Shown: piece by piece, positions 13,046 to 26,297 of the stretch
How the letters are laid out: each line of letters begins with the position of its first letter
Numbering within the stretch: position 1 is the first letter of the stretch
NCBI RefSeq assembly: GCF_009834535.1
Contig: NC_045696.1
Coordinates: 81,160,001-81,224,000, forward strand
From: Camelus ferus
Lineage: Eukaryota
Length of the DNA stretch: 64,000 nucleotides
Reading direction: 5' to 3'
Made by a program: the position numbers and the translations under genes
The notes under the pieces: generated by a model
What the model was told of the DNA's origin: nothing
Database searches by the model: none
The model's input: the letters and a program-made list of their open reading frames with translations, nothing else

Positions 13046-13959
13046 CCAGACATTTGGACATTGCCTTACTAAAGCAATGAACAATCTACACATTTTCTTA
13101 TTTGTCTAGATTTTTAACAACATTTTATTGCAGGCTAATGTCGGCCAGGCGCTGTGTTTGTCCCTGAGGATAGAAATATCAATAAAACGTGACCCTGCCC
13201 TGGCTACTTTTGTCTTAGATCCAGACCCTTTTGCATTAGGGAGATTCCCCAGTATAACCCAAGCTAATAGAAGGTTGCAAGAGACTGGCTTCTAGAACGA
13301 GAACATTTTTAAGGGGACACGTTGTCATCTCTACCTCTAAAATGTAGACTCAGAAAGTCACTTCAGATGATCTGTTGTGAGAACTGGTAGAATAATAATA
13401 GCTTCTGTCATCAGAGGGGTTGTGACAGTTTTTGGTGAAAACACAGCTACCAACTATTCCACTGAAAAGTCGACTCTTCAGGACTTGGATTTTTAAATTT
13501 AATACAAGCTACATTCCCTTCATCCTTTGCTTCTCCCTACGGGAATTATTGGCATGTTTGAGGCCCAGAAACACTATGGTGCTGTTAGACTTGGAGAGTA
13601 AACAGTGGCACCTGCTCGGGCCTTCATGGGTGTGTCCCCCGCCCCACCCTCTCGTGTTTGGCACAGCCTTAAGGTAGTTAATCTGTGCAAGAAGGAAGAA
13701 GGAACGGCTGGAAGGTAGCTGGATGTTAGACTATTTTTAGAAGGCTCTTCCACACTGCACCTGAATGTCATATTCTTGAGATCCTTGCAGGGCAAGGAAA
13801 CAAACTGCTTTCTGTGCACCCTCTGTTCTCCGTCATGCTCCTGTGTCTCCCGGTGCACCTTTTCCAGTATTCTGTTCCACTCTCCCCATCTTCTCAGGGA
13901 GGGGCCCTTCTGTTCCTACAGTCACAGTGGAGGCGTGGGAGTGTGGGGGCGGGAGTGAC

Positions 13960-13962
<3 letters not shown>

Positions 13963-13990
<28 letters not shown>
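13963..13990. repeat. (GACA)7 tetranucleotide microsatellite
   Basis: Seen directly. Confidence 0.95.
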
Positions 13991-14689
13991 CACTAAAACA
14001 GCAAACTGCCTGCAAACTGCTGGGGTGATCTTTCTAAGAGCCAACTCTGACACCATCCTCCCAGTTCTTAAAACCCTTCGTTTCCAAAATCCAGGCCCTG
14101 CTGGGGATGCTCGGTGACCCACTCCCTCACTAGCCCCTGGTGCAATAGTAATGCTTAAGTACTCACATTTCCTCAAAAGCGCCATGACACTGGCTCTCGG
14201 CTTTGTTTTTACGCAGAGGGCCTTCTGTCTGAGATGCACCTCTTCTTTTTATCTTCTGGGTGAATTTCCAGTCAGCCTTTAGGTGGAACTTAAACCTCTC
14301 CTCTTTCTCCCTGACTTCTTTGCCCTCTTTCACGAGGAGGTAATTACCCTCCCCTCCCTGAGCTCCACTGCATATCTCTGATGTAGGATTTATTAGACTC
14401 AGTGCTAATGAGGTATTTATATGCTTGTTTTTGTCACTTTTCTTTGATTTTCCTGAAGTTACCATTTTGCTCAAGACATCAGTGAACAAACAATGATAAA
14501 AGAGGTGAACCCATTTGCCACCAGAAGTTACAGGAAGGAGCTAATAATATCCTGTGCCCAGGGGCAGATAAGACAACTGACATTTTATTCCCCCAGGTGC
14601 AGCTGTCCAGACAGGGACACGTTATCCTGGGTGCAGAGAAAATAAAAGCATATTATTAACTAATTTCACAGTCGCCAGGACCCATGAAG

Positions 14690-14845
14690 GACATTTTCAC
14701 ATTCACGACCCCATTACTCCTCCTGGCAAGCTTGTAAAGGGTGTCTTATTATCCCCGTTTGACAGATGAGGAAACTGGGACTTAGAGGGACTAAGTGACA
14801 AGGCCAAAGCCAAACGAGAGGTAAAAGCTAAGTCTGGACCAGAGG
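14690..14845 (-). mobile_element. MIR SINE
   Basis: ttattatccccgtttgacagatgaggaaactgggacttagagggactaagtgac core. Confidence 0.8.
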
Positions 14846-16174
14846 TTGTAGATCTGGCAGGATCCACTTCCTCGGCAGAATCCTTAATGCTAGTTACATC
14901 TTCTTTTTTCTTGGCCTTGTGCTGAATTAAGGCTTTTTGGTTTGGAGCTTCTGATGGGCCTTGTGAAGTTCCTCTCCAGTTTGGGGTGAGGACTCTTTGT
15001 GGAGGAGGTACTGAGGCTTGAGTGATCTGGGGAGTGGTGTTGGTGGTCACAGTGGTGATGGTGTGGGGGAAGAAGCAAGGCTGTGGGCTTGAAGACTTGC
15101 TCTCAGACTCCAGGAGGAGGAGATCTGGGTGGTCCAGCTCGGTCAGCTGGGGAAGGAAAGGAGACAGCCTGCTCCAGAGTGAAAACTCCCATTGGCAGGA
15201 GGAGTTCCCTGTGCTGTCTCTCTCCTGTAACTGAGCATGGGGGCAAGGGGGACAGGCATTACTCGAGGCCCTTCTAAAATTTCCCGAGTCTAAAGAATTG
15301 AGGAAGCCTTTGAAAGACCTTGTAGGAGGATGGGGCTTGCCAGAATGGTGGATAATTCTAATGAGTAGAACTGGTCAGTCTTCTCAGGTCAGAGGGGGCT
15401 TGGCAACTCATTTCCCACCAGTTGTTGCCATGGGAATTTCAGCTCAGTGTTGAAAGATCTTTTGATTTTTTTTTTAAAGAGAAGCCCAATTTTATGTTAA
15501 ATTCCCAAGTGATTAAATTTGAATTTAAAGTTAAAAAGAGACTCCATCCTCCCAACTCCCATCCCTCCTTATAGTCAAACAAAATGCCTTCAATAACGTC
15601 ACTGTGTTGAACGATTCTTCCTTCTACGGAACTCACCGGCATATCACAGGTTACCAGTACTACACCCCCTCCCATCCAATATTGCTTTCCTGTTGTTCCG
15701 TCCAGCAGAATGCCCTCAAATTTGCAAATAACTCCTAGGGAAAAAATAGCCCTACCCCCAGCTGAGGTTTTTCCAGTATCATCACAGACAATATCCAGGT
15801 ATCTCTGCCTGTGTTTCTTTTGCTGTGAATAATCTTGACAGTTGGTAAACTCTTTCTTCATCTCAGTCATCCTTCCCCTTACTCCAATTTCAGTGGGTTT
15901 TGTTCGGGTAAATGCACCTGGCTTTTGGTCATAGCTGAATCAGGAGGTGGTTTGGCTGACAGAAGGGTTACCTGGGGACATTTGTGCATCTCACACCTTT
16001 CTTTGGCTCTCTCAGCCCTGACTCACAGCAGATTCTCAGTCCTGAGGCTCTTTCCAGGAAGAGCCACAGCGTGTTAAACTGGCAGGTCTCCGGCTACGGT
16101 GGAAGGTTGTCATATGCGGCCGTGCAGGGAGCTGAGGCTGGGTGATGGCATGCTCTTCAAGAATAAGTTAATTT

Positions 16175-16660
16175 TTTGGAAAGCAGTTTGGCCATGTCTA
16201 AAAATGTACATTCATCTCTAAAGAAGTGATCAGAAATATGCACAACTGTATTGCTTGTAAAGCTAATTCCGATAGGTAAAGATAGTAAACAAGTTAAATG
16301 ATTTACAGTAGGAGAATGGTTAAATAAATTTTGGGCTTAGCCGTATGATATTATGATAAATAACCCTTTAAAACAATGTTTATGAGGAGTTTTTAATGAC
16401 ATGGGAAAATGCCATATTGATCCAAAGGAAACAGGATATGAAACTACATATACATACAGATTTAGATATAGTTATATATATATATACCTATTTTTATAGC
16501 TGTTTTTTTTTTGTATTTTCCCAAATATTCCACAGTTTTAGAAAGTAAGTGTTGGTTTTTTTTTTTAAATAAACTTTTTATTTTAGAATAGCTTTTCTTT
16601 TTCAAAGAAAAGATGCAAAGATAGTATAGAGTTCCAGTATATCTTACTCAGTTTCCCCAA
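16175..16660. mobile_element. Two old L1 fragments (+ strand L1ME-like, then a - strand 3' end)
   Basis: ttggaaagcagtttggc, aatggttaaataaattttggg and aatgacatgggaaaatg; then ttttagaatagc..aaagatgcaaagatagtatagagttcc. Confidence 0.65.
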
Positions 16661-18969
16661 ACTGGTTTTACTTCATAAAATTAGAATGAAAGTTATTTTT
16701 AAAGTGATTAAAAACAGCTCTCCATGGCTTACATTATCACAAGCTACATAATTATTTAGGTTTATTTTAAAGGACATTTATTTTTAAGGGAAAAAAATTT
16801 ACAACCTTTATCAAAGGCACGTTTGACTTAGGCTACCGTTTACTTACTTGCAATGTGACATCTGACTGAGATCAAGCACTTCACACAGACCAGATGGGAG
16901 GTTAGAACATTCAGAGACCCTCTTTAACTTTGCTGTCTGTCCTAAGCTGATTTACAAGAATTTATTGGTTATCGTTGACTTACTGTTGGATTGGATTCCA
17001 CAATAGACTTACAGTTAAGACAAAAGAAGTTATTCATCCTGCCTCTTTGAGCTAGGTATTTATTATTTCTTCTCAAACTTCCTCAGCCATATAAAAGTCA
17101 GTTTTATATGAGTCTCTAATGGATATGAATTTAAGATGCAGTCATCTGAAATTGAATTTGCCAAGTAGGTGCTATTTTAATACTTTGTTTTGACTGATCA
17201 GCTCACCAAAGCTGAAAGCTAAAAATAATAAACTCTGTCATTTTAGCAAGTCAAGCCATCAGAGAAAACAGTAAGAAATGACAGTAGCTGGTATTTAGTA
17301 GGTTTTCTTTTCCGTGTTGTTTCTGAATGGAAGCTCTTTAGGAAAAGGCCAGGGAGAGGCCGTGATCTGGGGTAGCTTTTTTTTTTCACTCAGAAAGGAC
17401 AGGAGCTGGTTCACAGGAGGGTTCGGGAACCCTGATTAACCGTCCCTAGTGCTTTTCTCTCAATCACGCATTAGAACATGTACAGCAGTTTCAGAGGATC
17501 ATAAAATCTTGTTATCATGTCATAGTTTCAAAGACTTAATACTATTCAATTCAAACATTTAGTCACAACTGGCCCCTCCATAGCTTGGAGTTTTTCTGTT
17601 ATTTTGTAAAGGACCATTGATGTCTTTTGTCCCTATATTTTGAAATGAGGCCAAACAGCCCCATCCCACCTACTCACCTGCCATCTACTTTTCTTTGGGT
17701 AGGAGCCCTGCAGGTGTTTTAACTCAGGTGTCTACTAAGGTTGGAAGACAGTGTCGTGATGAATTGGTTTGTCGTCACCATAATTGGGGTGGTAGGTCTG
17801 AAGCACAGAGCAGTGGTTCTCATTTGGCTTCGGTTTGGAGAATATAGTGGGAATGTCAGGATCATTTATCAGATTCTCCCACGAAGATTTTATCCCTCAC
17901 ATTCCCCATCTGTGGGTTAAAAATACCCCGATTATAAAATGTCCCCACCCCTCCTCCAGTTTATAAGGCAGAATCCCTGGGATGCCAAAAACAAAACCTA
18001 CACACCAAAACCCCACTCTGTTGCTGGCATACTGCTGCCTTCTGCGTTAGCATTCTTAACTAAGGGAAAATCTATACACTCTTATCTCTAGAAGGCCAGC
18101 CAGAGAGGCAGAAGAAAAGAAAATTAAGGAACAATTTGCTTGGCTGTCATTAATCCTTGTTTAGCCCTGTGGGAAAACGAGCTTTTCTTATTCCATCTTT
18201 GTTAGTAGGTAGATTAAATTGGTTAAAGAATACTGTAGTCTATGAAAGAAGAGACAATGGCACTTTATAAAGATACAAAGCAGCTGAAAATATTTTTTCC
18301 TTCAGCTGTTTCGCTGTCTTAAGATTCAATGGCCCTTAAGTGATTTGGGGTCAGTATCTAATAAGCACATTTGTGTCCCAAATGGAAAACCAGCACAGCT
18401 AAACTCTCTCCACCGAGCATAAACCTAGGTGTATCTACTGGTACTTCTTAGGAAAGATCTTTTGGAATTTTATTTTGGCAAACCTTCAAATGCTAAGATC
18501 TGAATCATCTTTTTCGGGTGTTCAGAACCGCCTAATGGAAGCTGCATTCTTGAGTGGAATTAAAAACCACTTTTCAAGTCTCCCCTCCCCTCCCCCATCT
18601 GCAACCTTCGACACCGCATAGATTTTGAAAGTCACACTGCAAGATTAGTGCCAGGGGTCTTTCAAAGGATGCTTATAACTGAAAATCTGTTTTCTTATCC
18701 CTCAAAGCTGAAAGCCATAAAGACAAGAAAAGAAAAGAAAATGCTTTTAATGAACAGTCTTTGCAGAATCAGCTCCTTGTAACTTTGGTCGTTCATGTGA
18801 ATCAAAAATAGCTAAAAGTAGGTCATATTGTAAAAATGAATTAGGCTTCACTTCACATTTTATTGACTTTACTAGATCTTTTTTCATTCACAGTGGCTGA
18901 TTGTTAGCTAATGACTGGCCTAAATAAAACAGCATTGATTCTCTTATTTTCTTTATTTTGCCATCTACT

Positions 18970-19520
18970 CCTTCAGAGTATCAGTGGCGCCTACTATGTG
19001 TGAGGGGTTTTTTCTTTTTTGTTTCTCACCCTCACATCAACCCTGAAGTTGGAATTTTTATCCTCATTTTATCTATCAGGGAACTGAATGGCCCAAGGAC
19101 ACACAGTTCATCAGTAAAAGATCTGAAAATTGGACATGTTTCTCTGTCCAGAAGTCCTGATGTTTTCAACTACATTCTCTTTATTTAAAATGTTTTTAAT
19201 ATTTAAAATATATTAGTGAGAAATAAACAGAGGGAAAATTGCCAATCTTAATGCCTCATAAAACAATGAAAAATGTTCAATATTAAATAATTTTTGGAAG
19301 TGACAATAACAGTTAACGTTTATTTGACTGGAGCTCTAGTACAGACCAGGCATTATATAACTCTTACCAAGGTCCGGAGAGATGAGTTCCATTTTCTTGC
19401 CGTTTTACTGATGAGTCTCAAAAAAATTAAGGTGCTTGTCCAAGGTCGCAAAGCTAGGAAATAGCAGAGCAGGGACTCAAACCCCTCTGTCTTCATAGTC
19501 CAGGGGCTTGATCTCACTAC
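18970..19520 (-). mobile_element. Two MIR SINE copies (about 18970-19170 and 19305-19520)
   Basis: tttatcctcattttat..ggcccaaggacacacag; gttttactgatgag..cttgtccaaggtcgcaaagctaggaaatagcagagcagggactcaaaccc. Confidence 0.7.
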
Positions 19521-20442
19521 AGCAACTTGAGTTTAGCATAAAATGTGCTCAGTATAAATGGAAATGAAATGGAAAATTAATCTTTTTGAGTTCATGCCCT
19601 TATATTATTTTATTACAGGAAAATATTTTTTGGCTTAAGTATCATGATTTTCATGGGCAAATAATTGCAGAGTGTATTTTTCTTCTAACTCTCTTATTTC
19701 GAACACATTTTAAAGTGGTCTTTAAGGGTTCCTCTTTCTCCCCCTGAGACACTGGTTGAAGAGGAGGTCTCTCTTGCAGAGTAGGGACTAGGTTCCCAGC
19801 AGGAGTTGATACTCTGGCCTCAGGAAGAGATTAGAAAGAGCCTGGTAGGACACTGAAGACAAACCTAGACTGCTACCTTTTGGTTTTACAGCCGGTCCTG
19901 GGCTGAGACAGTGGGAGAAGGGGGACTCTGTTAACCTCCTTTTCCTGTCCAAGTCATGTTTTCCCGTGTGACATGACCATGACTGGGCAGGGGTGGGCTT
20001 GCTTCAGTAGCCATGCCTCTGGTGGGGCTTGGCCACCATACCACTTTATAACAGCCCTTTGAAGGGGAGCAGGCCTGAGTTACATGTTTTTAGAATACAG
20101 CTCATCTGCAAACTACAGGCTTCCTATATACATGGCATTTAAAAATACAAATTTGCAAACAAAACTCAGAAAGTATTCAGTTCAAATATATTTTTCTGGA
20201 CATGAGAAATTAAACATTTTCAGGGCAACTCCTTTACAGCAGCTTTACTTCTGTGGCAGATTTGCCCAGAATGGGGCAAAACACCAGGCAGTATGAAATG
20301 AAAACTGTCCAGTCCTGTCATAAGAAAACCCTCTTATTAGTATAAAGATATCAGGGCCCAGTCCATACTCATCTTTTATTTAAGGGCCCCCAAGTACTCA
20401 GATTACTTAAATTCACTAATCTTTGAGAAGATGGGATTGGCC

Positions 20443-20617
20443 ATTTATTCATTTAAGATATTTATTTAACACCCATTTATGTGTCAGGTTCTAAGCCCTA
20501 GGGGTATATAGAACTCATGTGAGTGACGGAAATAGACAATATACAAATAGACAAGTAATATTTAACATGTCAGATGGCAAAATTGTTATAGAGAAAAGTT
20601 TAATATGGCATAAGGAG

Positions 20618-20655
<38 letters not shown>

Positions 20656-20830
20656 GTGAGGGGTTCTTGCTCCACTGAAGATCTCAACAATAGTGTAGCA
20701 TTTGAGCATATAAATAAGGGAGGTGAAGGAGCAAGTCTTTCAGCTATCTGGAGGAAGACTATAGCAGAAGTAGCAAGTGCAAAGGCCCTGAGGTAGAGTG
20801 GTAGTGTTGTATTGAGAGTCAACAGGGAAG
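20443..20830 (-). mobile_element. L2a fragment
   Basis: ttcatttaagatatttattt..atgtgtcagg and agcaagtgcaaaggccctgagg. Confidence 0.8.
20621..20652. repeat. (GT)16 microsatellite
   Basis: Seen directly. Confidence 0.97.
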
Positions 20831-21599
20831 TGGCAGTCTCAGGCAGCTCAAATGGGGCTCTTCTGCTCTGGCTGAGAGAGGACCCTCAGGCTGGGCTTCC
20901 TCGGTGACTTCCTGTGACAGCCCAAGTCCATCCTGTGACTGCCTCCGTCCTCAAGGAGCAAAGTAACTCCTTTGAAAGGAGATGGTGAAAGACGAACAGA
21001 AGCTATGCCCAAGCTGGAGAGGGTGAGGAGTCAATCCTGTTTACATATTTAAATATTCCCCTCACAACCCATAAAATGCAAATCGTTTTACTTGAGCATT
21101 TAAATCTTTCTCACTGGTAGGTATTTCAGGCATTTCAGGCCTGATGTCAATTGTTGCATCATCTTGAAAGAGAAGCTTTTAAATTAATTAAACCCATTAC
21201 ATTAAATATTTGATTCTTGCCAATACATAATTTAAAATTCTCACTTCAAAATACTTTGGTAAAGATGAGTAACCCCACCAAAATGTCCTAAACTATGCCC
21301 CTGAAGAAACATTACCCAGTCTCTGGATAGGGGCCAATGGCCCTTTGAAAGGGACTTTTCACTGTAGCCCCAGGAAGGCAAGTCTGCTGTGTGGCCTGGC
21401 CTCAGTCTTAGAGATTGTGATTCAGTGAGAATGGATTCTTTTTCCAAACAAGTGACTTCCTTAATGAGTCAAGTTTGAGACCCACTGACCGTGGTAAAGA
21501 CAATGTAGGTTCTATGTTGTACAGCAGAACAGAGTGGGCTATCAGTCTAGTTTGGCTCAGATGACGAAGGGGCTATTATCGCACCTTCTTTTATGTAGT

Positions 21600-21990
21600 T
21601 GTATTAGTTAGGGAAGGCTTAGCTATGCTGCAGTGACAAATAACCCCCAAATCCCAGTGCCTTAATGCTCTAAAGTCTACTTCTTGCTCTTGCAAAGGCC
21701 AGGATCAGTGTTCTGATGAGTGGTTCTCCTCCAAACAATGCATACTGTCACTTTTCATCCAGTCACAATGTCTACTAGGACCTCCTGCAGAGACAACTGA
21801 AGAGAGAGTGTGTTCATCCTTGTGGGTCATTTTAGGGACCAGGTCTGGAACTGTCTAGCCCTTCCATTCATATTCTGTTAAGCAAAACTTGACCCCTCCT
21901 AGATGCAAGGGGCCAGGAAAGGTAGCTTATGTGCTCGGGCATCAAGAGAAATAGTACACACATATAGCGTCGATCTGTAGTCATAATCCA
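21600..21990 (-). mobile_element. MLT1K/L-like MaLR LTR
   Basis: tgtattagttagg..ctatgctgcagtgacaaataaccccaaatcccagtgcctta and cctagatgcaaggggccaggaaaggtag. Confidence 0.75.
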
Positions 21991-22554
21991 TAGTCGTCTT
22001 CCTGCTGCAATTTTCTGCAGGTTCCCAGTGTTTTTACACCCAGGTCTGCTGGACACTCCAATCCGTGCTCCAGATTCGTAACCTCTCTGCCCTCAACTCT
22101 AGTTCAGTGTAGCATGAGGAAGAGCCCAACTTGGTTAAACTAAATCACACTGAGATATAATTGCATAACAGGACCTCCTCCTCCCAACCCCAACCATCCT
22201 AGAAATCATTTCAGTCTTAAAGTAGGAGTCTCATCCCAGGGATAGTATAGCTTCTTTCCTTCCTTTACCAAAGATTCTGTAAAAATTTATCATTTTTATA
22301 ATGCTTCTTGTGTTTTTGGCAGCAGAGATGTTTACAGGCCAGAGCAGACATCCTGTAGGAGTGGATGATTCTAAGTATGGTGTTTGTGAGTTGGGGACTT
22401 TCTAGATAGTCTAAAAATACAAGCAAGAACAGATATGAATCCTAGGAAGGGCACGTTCAAGGGCAGAGATGGTTTGCTTCTATGTGTGACAAATGTTAAG
22501 TACTCAATATGAACTAATGAATTAAACAATATCATTACCTGTAATTGCACAGAC

Positions 22555-22726
22555 CAGGGTTTCTCAAAGGATGGTCTGAACCAGAAGCCTCAACATCACT
22601 TGGGAACGTCTAAGAAATACACATTCTTAGGCCTAGAATTAGACATTCTGGGTGTAGAGGGCCGCAATCTGTGTTTTGACAGCCCTCTGGCTGATTTGAA
22701 TGCACATCAGTGTTTGAGAATCACTG
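22555..22726 (+). mobile_element. MER5A MITE
   Basis: TIRs cagggtttctcaaa / tttgagaatcactg and a degenerate 8-bp TSD (gcacagac/gcatagat). Confidence 0.88.
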
Positions 22727-23556
22727 GCATAGATTTTTACCTGCTGATTATAGTTTTATCTAAATCTAAGTAAGTAATTAGGGAGTCTGGGAATTATTTT
22801 TCCTGTGGGAGAAAGACATGGACATAAGCCTTTCAGGACACTTGTTAGGGAAACTGCTACAGTACTCGGTAGTGAGGCTCAAGGTCTAGAAAGGTACCTT
22901 GAGGCAGTTCAAGTGCCTAATAAGATTACCAATTATTTTTTCATGTACAGTACATAATAAAGCAGAAGAAAGAGGCTAACAAAGTTTAAAAGCATTTTAA
23001 AAGCAAAGATTGATTCAAAACACCTTTGTAATTTTCCTCTTGTTTTTACTGATTACTTTTGGTCACTCTCCTCTTTGTCTATCCAAAACTCTGGGCACGA
23101 TGGCTTGTTAGGGCCCTGAAATGTGTAATTCTAACCTATTTATTGGAAACATTTCCAACTCTCCTCTCTCCCACCCCGTAAAATGCCATCTTAGATGAAC
23201 AACACTAGACAGATTAAACCCAGGGGGACCCTAAGAAATGATTATGATGTCTAGAGGATGGAGGAGTTGAGGCTTGGGAACAGAGTAGACCCAGCCCTGT
23301 AGGGCTCTGGGAATAGTTTTCTGGCACAAGTCCCTGACATCAGCAAGGTTTGTTTCTTCTCCGTACAGGCAGTGGAAGCAGATTTAAAATAAAAATGCCC
23401 GACCTCCTGGCCCTTCTGAAAATAGCAACTAATGAATGAATCAAACCCCAAAATAAGCCCCTTCCAAAGTGGTCTCGTAGTATGTTAGAGAACTGTCATC
23501 TGCTTCTGTGAATCCTTAAAAGGTCACTGACTTTGGTTGTTTTTATTGGCCACAAC

Positions 23557-23845
23557 TAAAGTTGCCAAATAAAATACAGGACACACAGTTAAATTTTAAT
23601 TTCAGATAGATAAAGAATAACATTTGAGTGTAAGTATATCCCATAACCAATATGTATGAAATATTGAATAAATTGCCTACTAAAATATAGAATGAATGTG
23701 AACATTTGAATTTAGGTGAGCAACTAATTTTTTTTAGTGTAAGTATATCCAACATTACATGCTTAGTTATGGGACATACTTATACTAAGAAATTAGTTTA
23801 TCTGAAGTTTAAATTTGCCTGGGTCTCTAGAAGTATTACTTGTTA
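23557..23845. mobile_element. MER53 palindromic hAT MITE with an extra duplicated left arm
   Basis: gttgccaaataaaatacaggacacacagttaaattttaatttcagata...agtgtaagtatatcccata and the inverted arm tatgggacatacttatactaagaaatt..tttatctgaagtttaaattt. A second left-arm copy lies at 23669-23750. Confidence 0.85.
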
Positions 23846-25595
23846 AATTTTTCTTTTAACCATAACTCATGTGACTTTTGGCAAAGAAGTACTTGGAGGC
23901 CACTAAGATGTCCAGAGTGTCTTACTAATCCCTAGATACAGCTCCCAGTCAGCAGAAGCATTTTGCTTTTGGACTCTTTGTTATTTAAGCCACTGTTACT
24001 TTATCATTGCCGCTCTGATGGGGGCAACCTGTCCTTTCTCCTCTCTTGGCGTTCTTCTTCCTGGTCTCTGCCCTGTTTGCAGAGAAAGGCTGATCTTTTA
24101 GAAATAGCACCAGTCAATCTGAGTTCTTCCCTTTAACAAACTGATCTCACCCTGAAGATTAGGTTAATCTTTCCATTTTGGAGCTAGGTGCTGTCTGGAT
24201 AGTTGTGGTCAGAAAGCCTGGTGTTTCTGAAAGCTTAGCCAACTCCAGTTCTCTTGTATGATTTTTATCTTTGGTGAATCACAGAACCTCTCTAACTCTC
24301 AAACCGAGTCTTTGTGTAGGTGAAGGTGGCCCATCTAATTACCATCAATTAGATGAATAGAACACCTGACCCCCACCAGCTCAGGCCCTAATGAGAGAAC
24401 CAGTGCAGACAGTGTCAGATACGACTCGCTGAACAGGGCTCTCAGCCTTCTGAGAGAAAACAGAGACCTAGTAGCAGCCATGTAAAGTCATCTTGTTCTT
24501 TCTGTCCTAGATTCCAGTTGCTGCTTCTCTCTAGAGACTTTTTATGCTTGCTTAGCTCTCTATGAAGTCAACAGGAACATAGGACATTAAGGAAGCCTGG
24601 AAGAGTGAGAGACTCTGACCCAATTTGAATGTCCCCGAAGTTCAGTTACTCAAAAGAATTCAAGCCTTAAAGGCGCAGGACCTTAAAGGTACTAGAGCCT
24701 CACCCAAACTCCTCCCAAAGTCAGGACTGCGGGAATATTGCTGAAGTTATTTTTTTTTCCAGTTCCTCTCCTTCCCTTTCACTTTGTGTGTATGGGATTT
24801 TCAGGTGTATAAAAACAATAATGTTGATTTATTTTATTTGGACATAGAGCCTTTGTTATCTGGGTGGAATTCTATGTGGGAGTAACCAGCTGTCACCATC
24901 ACTGGTTGCTGGGATTACGTTATGAAATTAGGCAAGGTGGTGTTTTTGCTTTTACCTTTTAATTGCCATTGGATGGTTGCTACATGTGTAGTAGTCTCAT
25001 TTCTGTTTTCCATGGATTTGTCTTGGTTTTGGTTACCCCCAAACCACATTAGATTAGATATACTTAAAAAAACAAAAAAAGAAAAGAAATTTGAACTCAC
25101 AATCTGTTGATGGTGCACAGCACTCACACTTTGACATTAGCCATAAATTAGACTGCGATCCCATCACAAGCTCAAATGCTCCTTTTGCTCTAAATTGTAG
25201 CTTGTAAAGAACAGAGTGTGAGAACGCAGAGATAGTGAGGTGGTGGCAGTTTTCTCACTGCTACTTGATTTTGGGAGTAGACAGCAACTCCACACTATTT
25301 CAAGAGTTTTCCATCTGATGATACTGAGATTCTTGCAAATCGTTTCTAATTCTACCTCTCAGTGTGTACAGTCCTCCAATCTATACTTTTGTAATTTCTT
25401 AGAATTGTAATGAAGATTTTGGACTCCGAGTCCCTGAGGGCAGAGTTAATGCCCATCTTGTTGATTTTGGAATCATCAGTGCTCAGGACTGACCTGGATA
25501 CAGAAAAGTCTTTCTGTTGACCTGCTCAACAGAAAGACGATGAATTAGACTTTAGAGCAAGGTAATCCATGGCACCCTAACTTTAATAGTGGATT

Positions 25596-25714
25596 GGGGA
25601 AGTTGGTGGGTACAGCTCAGTGGTAGATAGAGCGCGTGCTTAGCATACGTGAGGTCCTGGGTTCAATCCCCGGTACCTCCATTAAAAATAAATAAAATAA
25701 ATTTTTTATAAAGT
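25596..25714 (+). mobile_element. tRNA-derived camelid SINE (Vic-1 type)
   Basis: gggtacagctcagtggtaga..gcgcgtgcttagcatacgtgaggtcctgggttcaatccccggtacctccattaaaaataaataaa. The flanks tagtggatt/tagcagatt fit a TSD decayed at one CpG. Confidence 0.9.
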
Positions 25715-25956
25715 TAGCAGATTATAAGTATGTAAATGTTTTGGGATCAATCAAGTTTCAGCAGGTCCTGAAAGAGAAGCCAGAACTCTGTCCATGTGTA
25801 AATTACCTATTTGTTGGGTTAAGAGACCATTTTCTACTTCTGCCTCTCATCTGACTTGTGGTCATCTTTACTCACTGAAAGAGTGTCCACATGGCATATA
25901 AAAAAAAAAATCTTTCGTAAGTAAGGCATTGGGAAAATCAATCTCATGTACTAAAA

Positions 25957-26297
25957 CAGAGGTTGGCAGGCTTTTTTGGTAAAGATCCAAATAGTAAATA
26001 CTTCAGGCTTTGTGGAAATAGGATTTTTGTTGTACCTACTCAACTACTGCCCTTGTAGCATGGGAGCAGCCATAGACATTAGGCAAAGGAATGAGCACGG
26101 CCAAGTTTCAATCAGACTGCATCTATATATGTTGAAATGTGAGTTTCATATAACTTTAGCATGTCATGAAATGCTATTCTTAAAAATAAATTTCCCCAAA
26201 CATTTAATAATGTGAAAACATTTTTAACTCATTGGCTATTGCAAAAAACAGGTGGTGGACTGGATATGGCCTGCTGGCCAGGGTTTGGCAACCCCTG
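25957..26297 (+). mobile_element. MER58B (hAT-Charlie), full length, 341 bp
   Basis: TIRs cagaggttggca / ttggcaacccctg, 8-bp TSD-like flanks tactaaaa/cactaaag, and internal gcagccatagaca. Confidence 0.88.

Noticed and set aside
15439..15870. 143-aa minus-strand ORF (and the 115-aa ORF at 14703-15050)
   Set aside because: No recognisable domain or convincing splice boundaries; the second runs into a MIR.
25605..25685. tRNA-like sequences (also at 4243-4325 and 61700-61781)
   Set aside because: A-rich tails, TSDs and broken stems mark them as SINEs rather than tRNA genes.
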